A DNA stretch of 64,000 nucleotides from Agathobaculum sp. (GCF_022775115.1 NZ_JALFLA010000017.1:9388-73387), one strand, 5' to 3'; shown: positions 44,640 to 56,847, numbered from the stretch's first letter. Numbers and translations are program-made. The notes: a model not told the origin generated them from the sequence alone.

Positions 44640-45618
44640 CGATACCATCCGTCCGCGCAGGCTGCGCACCTCGCCCGTGCTGCGCCAAATGGTGCGCGAG
44701 ACACGCCTTTCGCCCGAAAGCTTGATTTGGCCGGTCTTTGTGGCTGAGGGCGAGGGCATTTACCAGGAGATCCCCTCGCTGCCCGGCCAGTATCACTATT
44801 CGCCCGACCAGCTTTACCGCATGGTCGAGCGCGCGCGGGCGCACGGTGTGTCCCGCGTGCTGCTGTTCGGCCTGCCGAAAGACAAGGACGAGCTCGGCTC
44901 GGGCGCGTGGGCGGCGGACGGTATCGTCCAGCAGGGCATCCGCAAGATAAAAGCGCTAGCCCCCACGATGTATGTGATAACCGACGTGTGCATGTGCGAA
45001 TACACGGCGCACGGCCACTGCGGCATCCTGTGCGGCCACGCGGTGGACAACGACCAGACGGTCGCGCGGCTGGCGCAGATCGCGGTATCGCACGCGCGGG
45101 CTGGCGCGGATATGGTTGCCCCGTCCGATATGATGGACGGCCGCGTTGCAGCTATCCGTGCGGCGCTCGATGAAAACGGCTTTCAGAACGTACCGATTCT
45201 GTCCTATGCCGCCAAGTTCGCCTCGTCCTTTTACGGACCCTTCCGCGACGCGGCAGGCTCGGCGCCCGCCTTTGGCGACCGGCGCGGCTACCAGATGGAC
45301 TGGCACAACAGCCGCGAGGCCATGCGCGAGTGCGCGCTCGATGTGCAGGAGGGCGCGGATATCCTGATGATAAAGCCCGCGCTGGCCTATCTTGACCTGA
45401 TCTACCAGTGCAGGCAGCGGTTCGACCTGCCGGTTGCGGCGTACGCCGTTTCGGGCGAGTACGCGATGCTAAAGGCGGCCGCCGCGCAGGGGCTGCTGGA
45501 CGAATACGGCGCGATGTGCGAGGCGGCGGTCGCCGTTTTCCGCGCGGGCGCGGATATTCTCATCACCTATTATGCGCCGGAGCTGGCCGACGCGATGCGA
45601 AAGGGGGATATCGGCTGA
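44632..45618 (+). CDS. hemB: porphobilinogen synthase (Zn-type)
   Basis: DVCMCEYTAHGHCG, APSDMMDGR, YAAKFASSFYGPFRDA, MIKPAL. Confidence 0.97.
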   Translation: MFNDTIRPRRLRTSPVLRQMVRETRLSPESLIWPVFVAEGEGIYQEIPSLPGQYHYSPDQLYRMVERARAHGVSRVLLFGLPKDKDELGSGAWAADGIVQQGIRKIKALAPTMYVITDVCMCEYTAHGHCGILCGHAVDNDQTVARLAQIAVSHARAGADMVAPSDMMDGRVAAIRAALDENGFQNVPILSYAAKFASSFYGPFRDAAGSAPAFGDRRGYQMDWHNSREAMRECALDVQEGADILMIKPALAYLDLIYQCRQRFDLPVAAYAVSGEYAMLKAAAAQGLLDEYGAMCEAAVAVFRAGADILITYYAPELADAMRKGDIG

Positions 45619-45619
45619 T

Positions 45620-46903
45620 ATGACACGCTCTGAGCAGCTTTTTGCGCGGGCGCGGCAGGTGATGCCCGGCGGCGTCAACTCGCCAGTGCGCGCGTTTCGG
45701 GCGGTGGGCGGCAAGCCGCGCTTTATCGCCAAGGGATTGGGCAGCCACATTCTAGACGAGGACGGGCTGGAGTATATCGACTATGTCGGCTCGTGGGGGC
45801 CAATGCTCTTTGGCCACAGCCATCCGGACATTCTGGTGGCGGTGCGCGAGCGTATGATGAGCGGCCTGTCCTTTGGCGCGCCGACCGCACTCGAGGTCGA
45901 AATGGCCGAAAAAATCATCTCCCTCACGCCCAATATCGAGATGGTGCGCATGGTAAACTCGGGCACGGAGGCAGTCATGAGCGCCATCCGGCTGGCGCGC
46001 GGCGCGACCGGGCGCGAAAAGCTCATCAAGTTCGCGGGCTGCTACCACGGCCACTCGGACGCGATGCTGGTTGGCGCGGGGTCGGGCGCGTTGACGCAGG
46101 GCGAGCCGGACTCGGCGGGTGTGACCCGCGGCGCGGCACGAGATACGCTGCTGGCGCGGTACAACGACCTTGCCTCGGTCGAGCGCCTGCTCGAAGCCAA
46201 CCGGGACGAGGTCGCGGCGGTCATCGTCGAGCCGGTCGCGGCCAATATGGGCGTCGTGCCGCCGCAGGAGGATTTTTTGCCGGGCTTGCGCCGCCTGTGC
46301 GACAGGCACGGCAGCCTGCTCATCTTTGACGAGGTCATCACCGGCTTTCGGCTGGCGGCGGGCGGCGCGCAGGCGTATTTCGGCGTGCGCGCCGATCTGG
46401 TCACCTACGGCAAGATTATCGGCGGCGGTATGCCGGTCGGCGCGTATGCGGGCAGCCGGCGGCTGATGGAACAGGTCGCGCCCACGGGGCCGGTGTATCA
46501 GGCGGGCACGCTGTCGGGCAATCCGGTGGCCATGGCGGCGGGGCTGGCGCAATTGCAGCTGCTGGACAGCCATCCGACGTGCTACACCGTCATGGAGACT
46601 GCCGCCCAGTATCTGGCCGCCCACCTGCGGGAGAGCGCGCAGCGCCACGGCATCCCCTTGCAGGTCAATCAGGTCGGCTCGCTGCTGTGCCCGTATTTTA
46701 CTGACAAACCGGTCGACTGCTTTGAGGCAGCAAAGGCGAGCGATACGAAAAAATACGCAAAGTATTTTAATGAAATGTTATTGCGAGGTGTATATCTCGC
46801 ACCCAGTCAGTTTGAGGCGATGTTTGTTTCCGCCGCGCACACACAGCGCGACCTTGCCTTTACGGTCAAGGCGGCGGACGAGGCATTGCAGGCACTAAAG
46901 TAA
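45620..46903 (+). CDS. hemL: glutamate-1-semialdehyde 2,1-aminomutase
   Basis: PGGVNSPVRAF, NSGTEA, YHGH, FDEVITGFR, YGKIIGGG, GTLSGNP. Confidence 0.97.
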   Translation: MTRSEQLFARARQVMPGGVNSPVRAFRAVGGKPRFIAKGLGSHILDEDGLEYIDYVGSWGPMLFGHSHPDILVAVRERMMSGLSFGAPTALEVEMAEKIISLTPNIEMVRMVNSGTEAVMSAIRLARGATGREKLIKFAGCYHGHSDAMLVGAGSGALTQGEPDSAGVTRGAARDTLLARYNDLASVERLLEANRDEVAAVIVEPVAANMGVVPPQEDFLPGLRRLCDRHGSLLIFDEVITGFRLAAGGAQAYFGVRADLVTYGKIIGGGMPVGAYAGSRRLMEQVAPTGPVYQAGTLSGNPVAMAAGLAQLQLLDSHPTCYTVMETAAQYLAAHLRESAQRHGIPLQVNQVGSLLCPYFTDKPVDCFEAAKASDTKKYAKYFNEMLLRGVYLAPSQFEAMFVSAAHTQRDLAFTVKAADEALQALK

Positions 46904-46912
46904 AGGGGAGAA

Positions 46913-48115
46913 ATGGGTATGGAGCGTCGTTTTGTCATCATCGGAGCCGGGCCGGGCGCGCCCGAGCTGCTGACCGGAGAGGCCGCTGCGGCTATTGCCG
47001 AAGCCGGGCTGGTGCTGACCTCGTCGGCGCGGCTGGCCGCGCTCTGCGCGGGGGCGCAGGTCTGTCCGTTTGGCGAGATGGCCGCGCGCGCGGCGGCGGC
47101 GGACTGCCAAACCGCTGCGCTGCTGGTGTCGGGCGATGTGGGCTTTTTCAGCGCGGCCTACCGCCTGCGCGAGCAGCTTTTGCCGCATGGCGCGGTGGGT
47201 CTGCTTTGCGGACTGTCCAGCCTGCAATATTTCTGCGCGCGCGTGGGCGTGCGGTATGACGATGCCTGTGTGCGCAGCCTGCACGGGCGCGGGGGAAGCA
47301 TCCTCGGCGCGGTCAGCTACCACAAAAAGGTGTTCGTGCTGACGGGCGGTACGCAGAACGCGCAGACCGTCTGCCGGGAGCTGGCCGAGGCCGGTCTTGA
47401 CGGGCTGACCGTGCGGCTGGGCGAAAACCTCGGCGCGGCGGATGAGCGCATCGTCTCCGGCACGGCTGCGTCGCTGGCGGACACAGCCTGCGGCGACCTT
47501 GCCGTGCTGCTCATCGAGCATCCCGACGCGGTCAATGCGCACGAGCCGGTGCGCGACGAGATGCTGACCCGGGGCAAAACCCCGATGACCAAGGAGGAGG
47601 TACGGTGGGTGTCGGTCGGCCGGCTGGCTGTGCAGCCGGGGGATACCGTGTGGGATGTGGGCGCGGGTACGGGCGCGGTGACGCTCGAGCTGGCGCGCCG
47701 CGCCGCGGACGGCACAGTATACGCCATTGAGCGTGCGCCCGTAGCCATTGACCTGCTGACCGAAAACCGCCGCAGGCTGGGCGGCTACAATGTGCGCATC
47801 GTCGAGGGCAGCGCGCCCGAGGTGCTGGCCGACCTGCCCGCGCCGGACGCGGTGTTCATCGGCGGCAGCGGCGGGCAGATGCGGCGCATTTTGCAGGCTG
47901 CAAAGCACAAAAACCCGGCGGTGCGCGTGGTGGTGACCGCCATTGCGATCGAGACCTTGCACACCGCGCAGACCGCACTGCACGAGTTTGGGTTTGCCGA
48001 TGTCGAGCTTATCCAGCTTTCCGCATCGCGCGGCAAGGCCGTCGGGCCGTATACCATGATGATTGCGAACAACCCGGTGTTCATCCTATCGGCAGAGGGC
48101 GCGTATGGCGGCTAA
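46913..48115 (+). CDS. cbiET: bifunctional cobalt-precorrin-7 C5-methyltransferase / cobalt-precorrin-6B C15-methyltransferase
   Basis: IIGAGPG, VSGDVGFFS; PMTKEEVR, WDVGAGTGAV, DAVFIGGSGG. Confidence 0.92.
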   Translation: MGMERRFVIIGAGPGAPELLTGEAAAAIAEAGLVLTSSARLAALCAGAQVCPFGEMAARAAAADCQTAALLVSGDVGFFSAAYRLREQLLPHGAVGLLCGLSSLQYFCARVGVRYDDACVRSLHGRGGSILGAVSYHKKVFVLTGGTQNAQTVCRELAEAGLDGLTVRLGENLGAADERIVSGTAASLADTACGDLAVLLIEHPDAVNAHEPVRDEMLTRGKTPMTKEEVRWVSVGRLAVQPGDTVWDVGAGTGAVTLELARRAADGTVYAIERAPVAIDLLTENRRRLGGYNVRIVEGSAPEVLADLPAPDAVFIGGSGGQMRRILQAAKHKNPAVRVVVTAIAIETLHTAQTALHEFGFADVELIQLSASRGKAVGPYTMMIANNPVFILSAEGAYGG

Positions 48116-49445
48116 CGCGGCGCGCCTGCTGTTGGCGGGCACCGGCTCGGGCTGCGGCAAGACAACGGTGGTAAGCGCGCTGCTGCGCGCGCTTCAGCGG
48201 CGGAGCGTGCCGCTTGCGGCCTTCAAATGCGGGCCGGATTACATCGACCCGATGTTCCACACTGCCGCGCTCGGCGTGCCTAGCCGCAACCTCGACCTGT
48301 TCTTTGTCAGCGAGGCACAGGCGCGCGCCGATTTGGCCGCACACATCCCGGCCGGGGGACTGGGCATCATCGAGGGCGCGATGGGCTTTTATGACGGTGT
48401 ATCGGGCGGAACGGACACGGCTTCGGCCGCGCACCTGGCCCGCGCGACGGCTACGCCCGCCGTGCTCATCGTCCGGCCGCAGGGACAGTCGCTCTCGCTC
48501 GCGGCCGAGATACACGGCTTTCGCACCTTTGCGGATAACACGCTTGCAGGCGTGATATTGAACGGCGTATCGCGCGCGATGCTGCCCTTCTACCGGGAGA
48601 TCGCCGAAAAGGCCGGGCTGCGGGTGTACGGCTGCCTGCCGCCTGTGCCCGAGGCCGCGCTGCCGCACCGCCATCTCGGCCTTGTGACGGCGGACGAGAT
48701 CGGCGGCTTGCAGGACAGGCTCGACCGGCTGGCCGACGCGGCCGAGCAGGGCTTGGACTTGGACGGCCTTGCCGCGCTGGCGCGCACCGCGCCGCCGCTG
48801 CGCGATAAGACCCCGCTGCTCGCGCCCGTGTGCCGAAAACCGGTGCGCATTGCGCTCGCGCGGGATAGGGCGTTCTGCTTTTACTACGCGGACAACCTGG
48901 ACGTGCTGCGTGCGCTCGGCGCGGAACTGGCACCGTTTTCACCGCTCGAGGACGCGGCGCTGCCCGCGGATATCGACGGCCTGTACCTCGGCGGCGGCTA
49001 CCCCGAGCTGCACGCGGACGCGCTCGCACGCAACGCATCCATGCGCGAGAGCGTGCGGGACGCGGTGCGAAACGGCCTGCCGACCGTTGCCGAGTGCGGC
49101 GGCTTTCAGTATTTACACCAGACGCTCGACGGACGCCCGATGGCGGGCGCGCTGCCGCTGCACGCCCGCATGACCGACCGGCTGCAGCCCTTCGGCTATG
49201 TGACGCTGACCGCCGCGCGGGATAACCTGCTCGGCCGGACGGGCGCGTCCATCCGCGCGCACACGTTCCACTACGGCGTGTCGGACGACGAGGGGGATGC
49301 GTTCCATGCGCAAAAGCCAAACGGCAGAGGCTGGCCGTGCGGCTGCGCGACGGACACGCTGTACGCCGGCTATCCACATTTGTATTTCCGATCCAACCCT
49401 GCGTTTGCCGCAAATTTTGTGCGCAAATGCGCCGGACTGAGGTGA
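48105..49445 (+). CDS. cbiA: cobyrinate a,c-diamide synthase
   Basis: GSGCGKTT, FKCGPDYIDP, IIEGAMG, AFCFYY, GGGYPE, AECGGF, YPHLYF. Confidence 0.95.
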   Translation: MAANAARLLLAGTGSGCGKTTVVSALLRALQRRSVPLAAFKCGPDYIDPMFHTAALGVPSRNLDLFFVSEAQARADLAAHIPAGGLGIIEGAMGFYDGVSGGTDTASAAHLARATATPAVLIVRPQGQSLSLAAEIHGFRTFADNTLAGVILNGVSRAMLPFYREIAEKAGLRVYGCLPPVPEAALPHRHLGLVTADEIGGLQDRLDRLADAAEQGLDLDGLAALARTAPPLRDKTPLLAPVCRKPVRIALARDRAFCFYYADNLDVLRALGAELAPFSPLEDAALPADIDGLYLGGGYPELHADALARNASMRESVRDAVRNGLPTVAECGGFQYLHQTLDGRPMAGALPLHARMTDRLQPFGYVTLTAARDNLLGRTGASIRAHTFHYGVSDDEGDAFHAQKPNGRGWPCGCATDTLYAGYPHLYFRSNPAFAANFVRKCAGLR

Positions 49446-49449
49446 GAGA

Positions 49450-50508
49450 ATGACATTACAGCAAACGGTGGCCCGCATCATGCCGCCTGACGAGACGAGC
49501 ATGGCCGCCGCGCGGCAGCGCTTTGCCGATATTGCCATGCCGATTGGCGCGCTCGGCCTGCTGCAAGAGGCAGTCGTGCGGCTGGCGGGTATGCAGCGCA
49601 CGGCAAGGCCGCGCATCGACCGGCGCGCGGTCGTTGTGTTCTGCGCGGACAACGGCGTGGTGCGGCAGGGCGTGACTCAGTGCGGGCAGGAGATCACCGC
49701 GCTCGTGGCCGACAACATGGGGCGCGGCCGCTCGGCGGTGTGTCTGATGGCAAAGCACATCGGCGCGGACGTGCTCCCGGTCGATATCGGCGTGGCGCAG
49801 CCGGTCAAAAGCGGGCGCGTGCTCGACCGAAGGATACGCCCCGGCACGGCCGATATGACACAGCAGCCCGCCATGACGCGGGGGGAGGCCGTCCGTGCGG
49901 TCGAAACCGGCATCGAGCTGGCCGCGCACTGCGCTGAGCAGGGCTATACGCTGCTGTGCACGGGCGAAATGGGCATCGGCAACACGACAACGAGCGCGGC
50001 GGTCACGGCGGCGCTCACTGGTGCGCCGGTCGAACTGGTGACCGGGCGCGGCGCGGGCTTGAGCACCGAGGGACTGCAAAACAAGCGCGCGGCCATCCGC
50101 GCCGCGCTTAAGCTGCACAGACCCGACCCGGCCTATCCGCTGGACGTGCTGCACAAGGTCGGCGGGCTGGACATTGCCGCGCTGGCCGGGCTGTGCCTTG
50201 GCGGCGCGGCCTGCGGCCTGCCGGTCATGTTGGACGGCGTGATCGCCGGCGCGGCGGCGCTGGCAGCTGTGCGGCTGTGCCCGGCGGCGCGCGGTTATCT
50301 GCTGGCTTCGCACTGCTCGGACGAGCCGGCGGCGCGGCTGCTGCTGGACGCGCTCGATCTGCGGCCGTTCATCACGGCGGGTATGCGGCTGGGCGAGGGG
50401 ACGGGCGCGGTGGCGGCGGTCAGCCTGCTCGATCTCACGCTCGCGGCGTATGACGGGATGCTGACCTTTGATGAGCTGGGCATGGAGGCCTACACGGAGC
50501 AAGCATAG
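49450..50508 (+). CDS. cobT: nicotinate-nucleotide--lower-ligand base phosphoribosyltransferase
   Basis: VFCADNGV, GEMGIGNTT, KVGGLDI, MRLGEGTGA. Confidence 0.95.
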   Translation: MTLQQTVARIMPPDETSMAAARQRFADIAMPIGALGLLQEAVVRLAGMQRTARPRIDRRAVVVFCADNGVVRQGVTQCGQEITALVADNMGRGRSAVCLMAKHIGADVLPVDIGVAQPVKSGRVLDRRIRPGTADMTQQPAMTRGEAVRAVETGIELAAHCAEQGYTLLCTGEMGIGNTTTSAAVTAALTGAPVELVTGRGAGLSTEGLQNKRAAIRAALKLHRPDPAYPLDVLHKVGGLDIAALAGLCLGGAACGLPVMLDGVIAGAAALAAVRLCPAARGYLLASHCSDEPAARLLLDALDLRPFITAGMRLGEGTGAVAAVSLLDLTLAAYDGMLTFDELGMEAYTEQA

Positions 50509-50517
50509 GAGGATACC

Positions 50518-51048
50518 ATGCTGATTTTGGTAACGGGCGGCGCGGCGAGCGGCAAATCGGCACACGCGGAGCGGCTTTTGTGCGCCCGCGCGGTAGGCGC
50601 CCGCCTGTATTTGGCGACGATGGCGCCGCAGGGCGCAGCGGCGCAGCGGCGCATCCGCAGGCACCGTGCGCTGCGGGCGGGCAAGGGCTTTGTCACGCTC
50701 GAGCGCTCCTGCGGGCTGGACGGGTTGCACCTGCCCCGGCGGTATGACGGCATTCTGCTCGAGGATATGGGCAATCTGCTGGCAAACGAGCTGTACGCGC
50801 CGCAGGCCGCAGGGCAAACGGCGCTTGACAGCATCCTTGCAGGGATAAAGCGGCTGCAAGCCTGCTGTGAAACGCTGGTCATTGTGACCAATGAGGTCTT
50901 TTCGGACGGCCTGCCATATGCCGACGAAACTGTCTGCTACATCGCGCTGCTGGGCAGGCTGAACACTGAACTCGCCGCGCAGGCGGATGCAGTGTACGAA
51001 TCGGTGTGCGGCCTTTTGCTGCCGGTAAAGGAGGGGAAAAACCGATGA
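50518..51048 (+). CDS. cobU: adenosylcobinamide kinase / cobinamide-phosphate guanylyltransferase
   Basis: VTGGAASGKS, YLATM, RIRRHRALR, VTNEV. Confidence 0.93.
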   Translation: MLILVTGGAASGKSAHAERLLCARAVGARLYLATMAPQGAAAQRRIRRHRALRAGKGFVTLERSCGLDGLHLPRRYDGILLEDMGNLLANELYAPQAAGQTALDSILAGIKRLQACCETLVIVTNEVFSDGLPYADETVCYIALLGRLNTELAAQADAVYESVCGLLLPVKEGKNR

Positions 51049-51833
51049 GGGACTTGTGGAGCGGCCTGCTGGTCGCGTTTTCGCTGTATTCGGCCGTGCC
51101 CGTGCCGCAGGTCGCGTGGACGCGGCGCAGTATGCGCTGGGCGCTCGGTTTTCTGCCGCTGGTCGGCGTGCTGATCGGCGTGGCGGAATGGCTCTGGTTT
51201 GCGTTTTGTGCGCGGTTTGGCGCGGCGGCGCTCTTTTACGCGGCTGTGGCCGCGCTGCTGCCGCTTATCCTCTCAGGCGGCATCCATCTGGACGGCTTTG
51301 CCGACACCTGCGACGCGCTCTGCTCCTTTGGTGACCGGGAAAAGCGGCTGGCCATCCTGTCCGACCCGCACGTCGGCGCGTTCGCGCCGCTGTGGCTGAC
51401 CGCGCTGCTGCTGGCCGAGACCGCCTGCTTTGCGCAGTTGTACGAAAGGCCTGTGCTGCTGCCGCTGGCGTATGCGGGGTTCGCCCTCGCGCGCACGATG
51501 GGCGGCGCGAAGGTCGTTTTGTCCCCTTGTGCGCGGGATAGCGGATTGGCGCAGATTTTTGCCGAAAACAGCGATAAAACGGCGGTGGTGGCCGCGCTTG
51601 CGGCAGAATTTATCCTGTTTTTGACGGTGTGCGGCCTGCCGCTGTACCGCGTGCCGCACGGGCTGACCGCCGTGAAAAGCATTGTGCCCGTGCTGCTGGT
51701 GTGGTATGCGCTGCACGAAAGCATGAGCCGCCGCGTGTTCGGCGGCATCACGGGCGACCTGGCGGGTTTTTTCATCTCGATTGCCGAACTGCTGGTTTTG
51801 GCGGCCGCCGCAGTGGGGGGACTGATGCTATGA
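51045..51833 (+). CDS. cobS: adenosylcobinamide-GDP ribazoletransferase (cobamide synthase)
   Basis: GGIHLDGFADTCDA, DPHVGAF, FGGITGDLAG. Confidence 0.95.
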   Translation: MRDLWSGLLVAFSLYSAVPVPQVAWTRRSMRWALGFLPLVGVLIGVAEWLWFAFCARFGAAALFYAAVAALLPLILSGGIHLDGFADTCDALCSFGDREKRLAILSDPHVGAFAPLWLTALLLAETACFAQLYERPVLLPLAYAGFALARTMGGAKVVLSPCARDSGLAQIFAENSDKTAVVAALAAEFILFLTVCGLPLYRVPHGLTAVKSIVPVLLVWYALHESMSRRVFGGITGDLAGFFISIAELLVLAAAAVGGLML

Positions 51834-52165
51834 CGGTTTTATTCATCGGCGGCGCGTATCAGGGCAAGGCAGCGCTCGCACGGCGGCTCTATCCTGATTT
51901 GCCGCTTGTGCAAAACCTGCACCTGCTGGTGCGGGAGATACTCGAAGCGGGCGGCGATCCCGCCGCGCTGCTGCCCGGGCTGCGCGGCAAGGCCGTCACC
52001 TGCGATGAGGTCGGCTGCGGCATCGTGCCGCTCGCGCGGGCGGACGAGAACTGGCGCGAGGCCACCGGCCGCCTGTGCTGCGCGCTGGCCGCCGAGGCGG
52101 ACGCAGTCGTGCGCGTGCTCGCGGGCGTACCGCAATACCTGAAGGGGGACGCGCCATGTACCTGA
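51830..52165 (+). CDS. short CobU-like paralog (111 aa)
   Basis: FIGGAYQGK, CDEVGCGIVP, WREATGR, VVRVLAGVP; coupled to cobS and cbiB. Confidence 0.8.
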   Translation: MTVLFIGGAYQGKAALARRLYPDLPLVQNLHLLVREILEAGGDPAALLPGLRGKAVTCDEVGCGIVPLARADENWREATGRLCCALAAEADAVVRVLAGVPQYLKGDAPCT

Positions 52166-53112
52166 CCTGTGCCGTGCTGCTCGGCTTTGCGCTCGACTGG
52201 CTGCTGGGCGACCCGCAGGGGCTGTGGCATCCGGTGTGCGCCATTGGCAGGCTGATATCGCTTGGCGAAAAGCTGCTGCGCCGCGTGTTCCCCAAAACCC
52301 CGCGCGGCGAGACTGCGGCGGGCGCGCTGCTATGGGTGACTGTGTGCGCGGTCAGCTTTGCCGTGCCGTTTGCGCTGCTGCGCTGGCTGCGCGGAATCAA
52401 CCTCTGGCTGGGCTTTGCGGCGGAAACGCTCATGTGCTGGCAGATATTCGCGCGCAGGAGCCTTGCCGACGCAGGTGCGCAGGTGCGCGGGGCGCTGGGT
52501 CGATCGCTGGAAGAGGGGCGGGCGGCGGTGGCCATGTATGTCGGCCGGGACACGGGCGAAATGGACGCGCAGCAGGTCATCAAAGCGGCGGTCGAGACTG
52601 TGGCCGAAAACACGACCGACGGCGTGGTCGCGCCGATGGTCTATCTGCTGCTCGGCGGCGCGCCGCTCGGCTGGCTGTACAAGGCGGTCAATACGCTCGA
52701 TTCGATGGTCGGCTACCACAGTGAGCGGTATGAGTATTTCGGCAAGGCCTCGGCGCGCATGGACGACCTGTTCAACCTGCTCCCCGCGCGGCTGGCGGCG
52801 GTCTGCCTGATCGCGGGCGCGGGTATGCTCGGGCTGGACAACCGCAACGCGCTGCGCGTGTTCCGGCGCGACCGGGCGCGGCACAAAAGCCCCAACGCGG
52901 GGCAGACTGAATCCGCGTGCGCGGGCGCACTGCATGTGCAGCTGGGCGGAGACGCGAGCTACTTTGGCAAAACGGTCAAAAAAGCGGCCTTTGGCGACCC
53001 CGACCGGCCGGTCAGCCAGGGCGATATCGGCCGCGCGGTCGATCTGATGACGGCGGCAAGCGTGCTGGCGCTGGCGCTGTGCTGCGCGGTGCGGCTCATA
53101 CTGACATTTTAG
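52156..53112 (+). CDS. cbiB: adenosylcobinamide-phosphate synthase
   Basis: LDWLLGDP..HPV, ETVAENTTDG, YKAVNTLDSMVGY, SPNAG. Confidence 0.95.
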   Translation: MYLTCAVLLGFALDWLLGDPQGLWHPVCAIGRLISLGEKLLRRVFPKTPRGETAAGALLWVTVCAVSFAVPFALLRWLRGINLWLGFAAETLMCWQIFARRSLADAGAQVRGALGRSLEEGRAAVAMYVGRDTGEMDAQQVIKAAVETVAENTTDGVVAPMVYLLLGGAPLGWLYKAVNTLDSMVGYHSERYEYFGKASARMDDLFNLLPARLAAVCLIAGAGMLGLDNRNALRVFRRDRARHKSPNAGQTESACAGALHVQLGGDASYFGKTVKKAAFGDPDRPVSQGDIGRAVDLMTAASVLALALCCAVRLILTF

Positions 53113-53127
53113 AAAGGAGGACAGCGT

Positions 53128-54188
53128 ATGCCCGCATATGTACACGGGGGAGATGTGTACACCTATGCCTCGCGGTACGGCGGCGCGCCGCTCGACCTGT
53201 CGGCCAACATTAATCCTTTCGGCACACCGGAGGGTGTGCGGCAGGCCATGCAGGATGCGCTGTCGCGCTGCGCGTGTTATCCCGACCCCTTTTGCCGTGC
53301 GGCGCGGCGCGCCATCAGCGCGGCCGAGGGCGTGCCCGCCGACTGGCTGTACTGCGGCAACGGCGCGGCCGATGTGCTCGACCGGCTGGCGGCTGCGCTG
53401 CGGCCAAGGACGGCGTTGCTGACCGTGCCCACCTTCGCCGCGTATGAGCGGACGCTCGCGGGCGCGCAGCTGCGCTTTCACCCGCTGCGCGTGGAGGAGG
53501 AGTTTACCCTGACCGGGCGGCTGCTGGACGATATCGTGCCCGGGCTGGACGCGGTGTATCTGTGCAACCCCAACAACCCGACCGGCCGCACGGCCGACCC
53601 CGCGCTGCTGCGAGCGGTCGCGCGGCGGTGCGCGGCAAACGGCACTTGGCTGGTGGTGGACGAGTGCTTTTCCGATTTTTTGACCGACAGCGCGCAGCAT
53701 ACACTCAAAGACCTGCTGGGTGCGCAGCCAAGGCTGGTTCTCCTGCGCGCCTATACCAAGATGTACGCCGTGCCCGGCGTGCGCTTCGGCTGGTGCATGA
53801 CGGCGAACGCCGCGCTGGTCGACGCGTTGTACCGCGCGGGGCAGCCGTGGAACGTGTCGGTCATCGCGCAGGCGTGCGCCGAGGCGGCGGCGCGGGAACA
53901 GGACTACGCGCAGCGGACGGCGGCGCGCATCGCGGACGAGCGCGCTTATTTGGCAGAGGAGCTGCAAAGGCGGGGACTGAACGTATATAAGAGCGAGGTC
54001 AATTTCCTGCTGTTTCGCGCGGCGGAGCAGGATTTGCAGCAGCAGCTTGCCGCGCGCGGTGTGCTGCTCCGCAGTATGCTGCACGACCGTGGCCTTGGCG
54101 CGGGCTGGTACCGCACGGCGGTCAAGACCCGGCAGGACAGCCGAACGCTGCTGGCCGCGCTGGATGAGATACGAAGGGAGGAGCGCTG

Positions 54189-54189
<1 letters not shown>
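53128..54189 (+). CDS. cobD: threonine-phosphate decarboxylase
   Basis: HGGD, DLSANINP, GNGAA, CNPNNPTG, VDECF, RAYTKMYAVPGVRFG. Confidence 0.9.
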
Positions 54190-55684
<1,495 letters not shown>

Positions 55685-55688
<4 letters not shown>

Positions 55689-56215
55689 ACGAAAAGGGAC
55701 TGATCCACCTGTACTGCGGCGAGGGCAAGGGCAAGACGACCGCCGCGATGGGGCTGGCTGTACGGTGCGCGGGACGCGGGAACCGAGTCGTGATCGCGCA
55801 GTTTTTGAAGGACGGCACCTCGGGCGAATGCCGCGTTTTGGCAAAGCTCGACGGTGTGACGCTGCTCGCCGCCAACCCGAGCGGCAAGTTCTCCACCCAG
55901 ATGAGCGAGGAGGAAAAGCGTGAGACTGCCGCCGCGATCACCCGCACCTTTGCCGCTGCGCGCGGCTTTGCCACGCGGGAGGGGGCGCGTCTGCTCGTGC
56001 TGGACGAAGTATGTGCCGCGATCAGCTGCGGCTTTCTGGACGAAAACGAAGTGCTCGACCTGCTGGACAGCCGGCCGGACGGCTTGGAGGCCGTGCTGAC
56101 CGGGCGCGGCCCGTCCGAACGGCTGCTGGCGCGGGCAGACTATATCACCGAAATGGTAAAACGGCGGCATCCGTTCGATAAAGGCGTTGCCGCGCGGGAG
56201 GGGATCGAGCTGTGA
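55685..56215 (+). CDS. cobO: cob(I)yrinic acid a,c-diamide adenosyltransferase (BtuR/CobO type)
   Basis: IHLYCGEGKGKTTAAMG, QFLK, VLDE, LTGR, HPFDKG..AREGIE. Confidence 0.95.
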
Positions 56216-56847
56216 ACGGAAAAATGCAGCCAAATGAGATCGAAAAGCAGTCGCTCGCCATTATCACGGCTGAGCTGGGCGGTCGCGCCTTTCCGCCGGG
56301 CGAGGATGAGGTCGTCAAGCGCGTGATCCACACAACGGCTGACTTCGATTACGCGGACAGCCTTGTTTTCTCCGAAAACGCGGTTGAGAGGGCCAAGCAG
56401 GCGCTGGCGGCGGGTGCAACCGTCGTGACCGATACCAACATGGCGCTCGCGGGCGTGAGCAAGGTCGCGCTGGGCAAGCTCGGCGGGCGGGCGGTCTGCT
56501 TTATGGCGGACGAGCAGGTGGCGCGAAAGGCCAAGGCGCGCGGCGTGACCCGCGCGGTCATCTCGATGGAACAGGCGGCGGCGCTCGACGGGCCGCTCAT
56601 TTTCGCCATCGGCAATGCGCCGACCGCGCTCATCCGCCTGCATGAGCTGATCGGCGAGGGCAGAGTAAGTCCCGCGCTCGTCATCGGCGTGCCGGTCGGC
56701 TTTGTCAACGTGGTCGAGGCCAAGGAGCTGTTCCTCGGCGGGGATACGCCGTATATCATCGCGCGCGGCCGCAAGGGCGGCTCGAATGTCGCCGCGGCGA
56801 TCGTTAATGCGCTGCTGTATCAGATCGTCAAACGGGAGGGCTTTTGA
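56212..56847 (+). CDS. cbiC: cobalt-precorrin-8 methylmutase
   Basis: RVIHTTADF, AIGNAPTAL, GVPVGFVNV, GRKGGSNVAAA. Confidence 0.95.
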   Translation: MNGKMQPNEIEKQSLAIITAELGGRAFPPGEDEVVKRVIHTTADFDYADSLVFSENAVERAKQALAAGATVVTDTNMALAGVSKVALGKLGGRAVCFMADEQVARKAKARGVTRAVISMEQAAALDGPLIFAIGNAPTALIRLHELIGEGRVSPALVIGVPVGFVNVVEAKELFLGGDTPYIIARGRKGGSNVAAAIVNALLYQIVKREGF

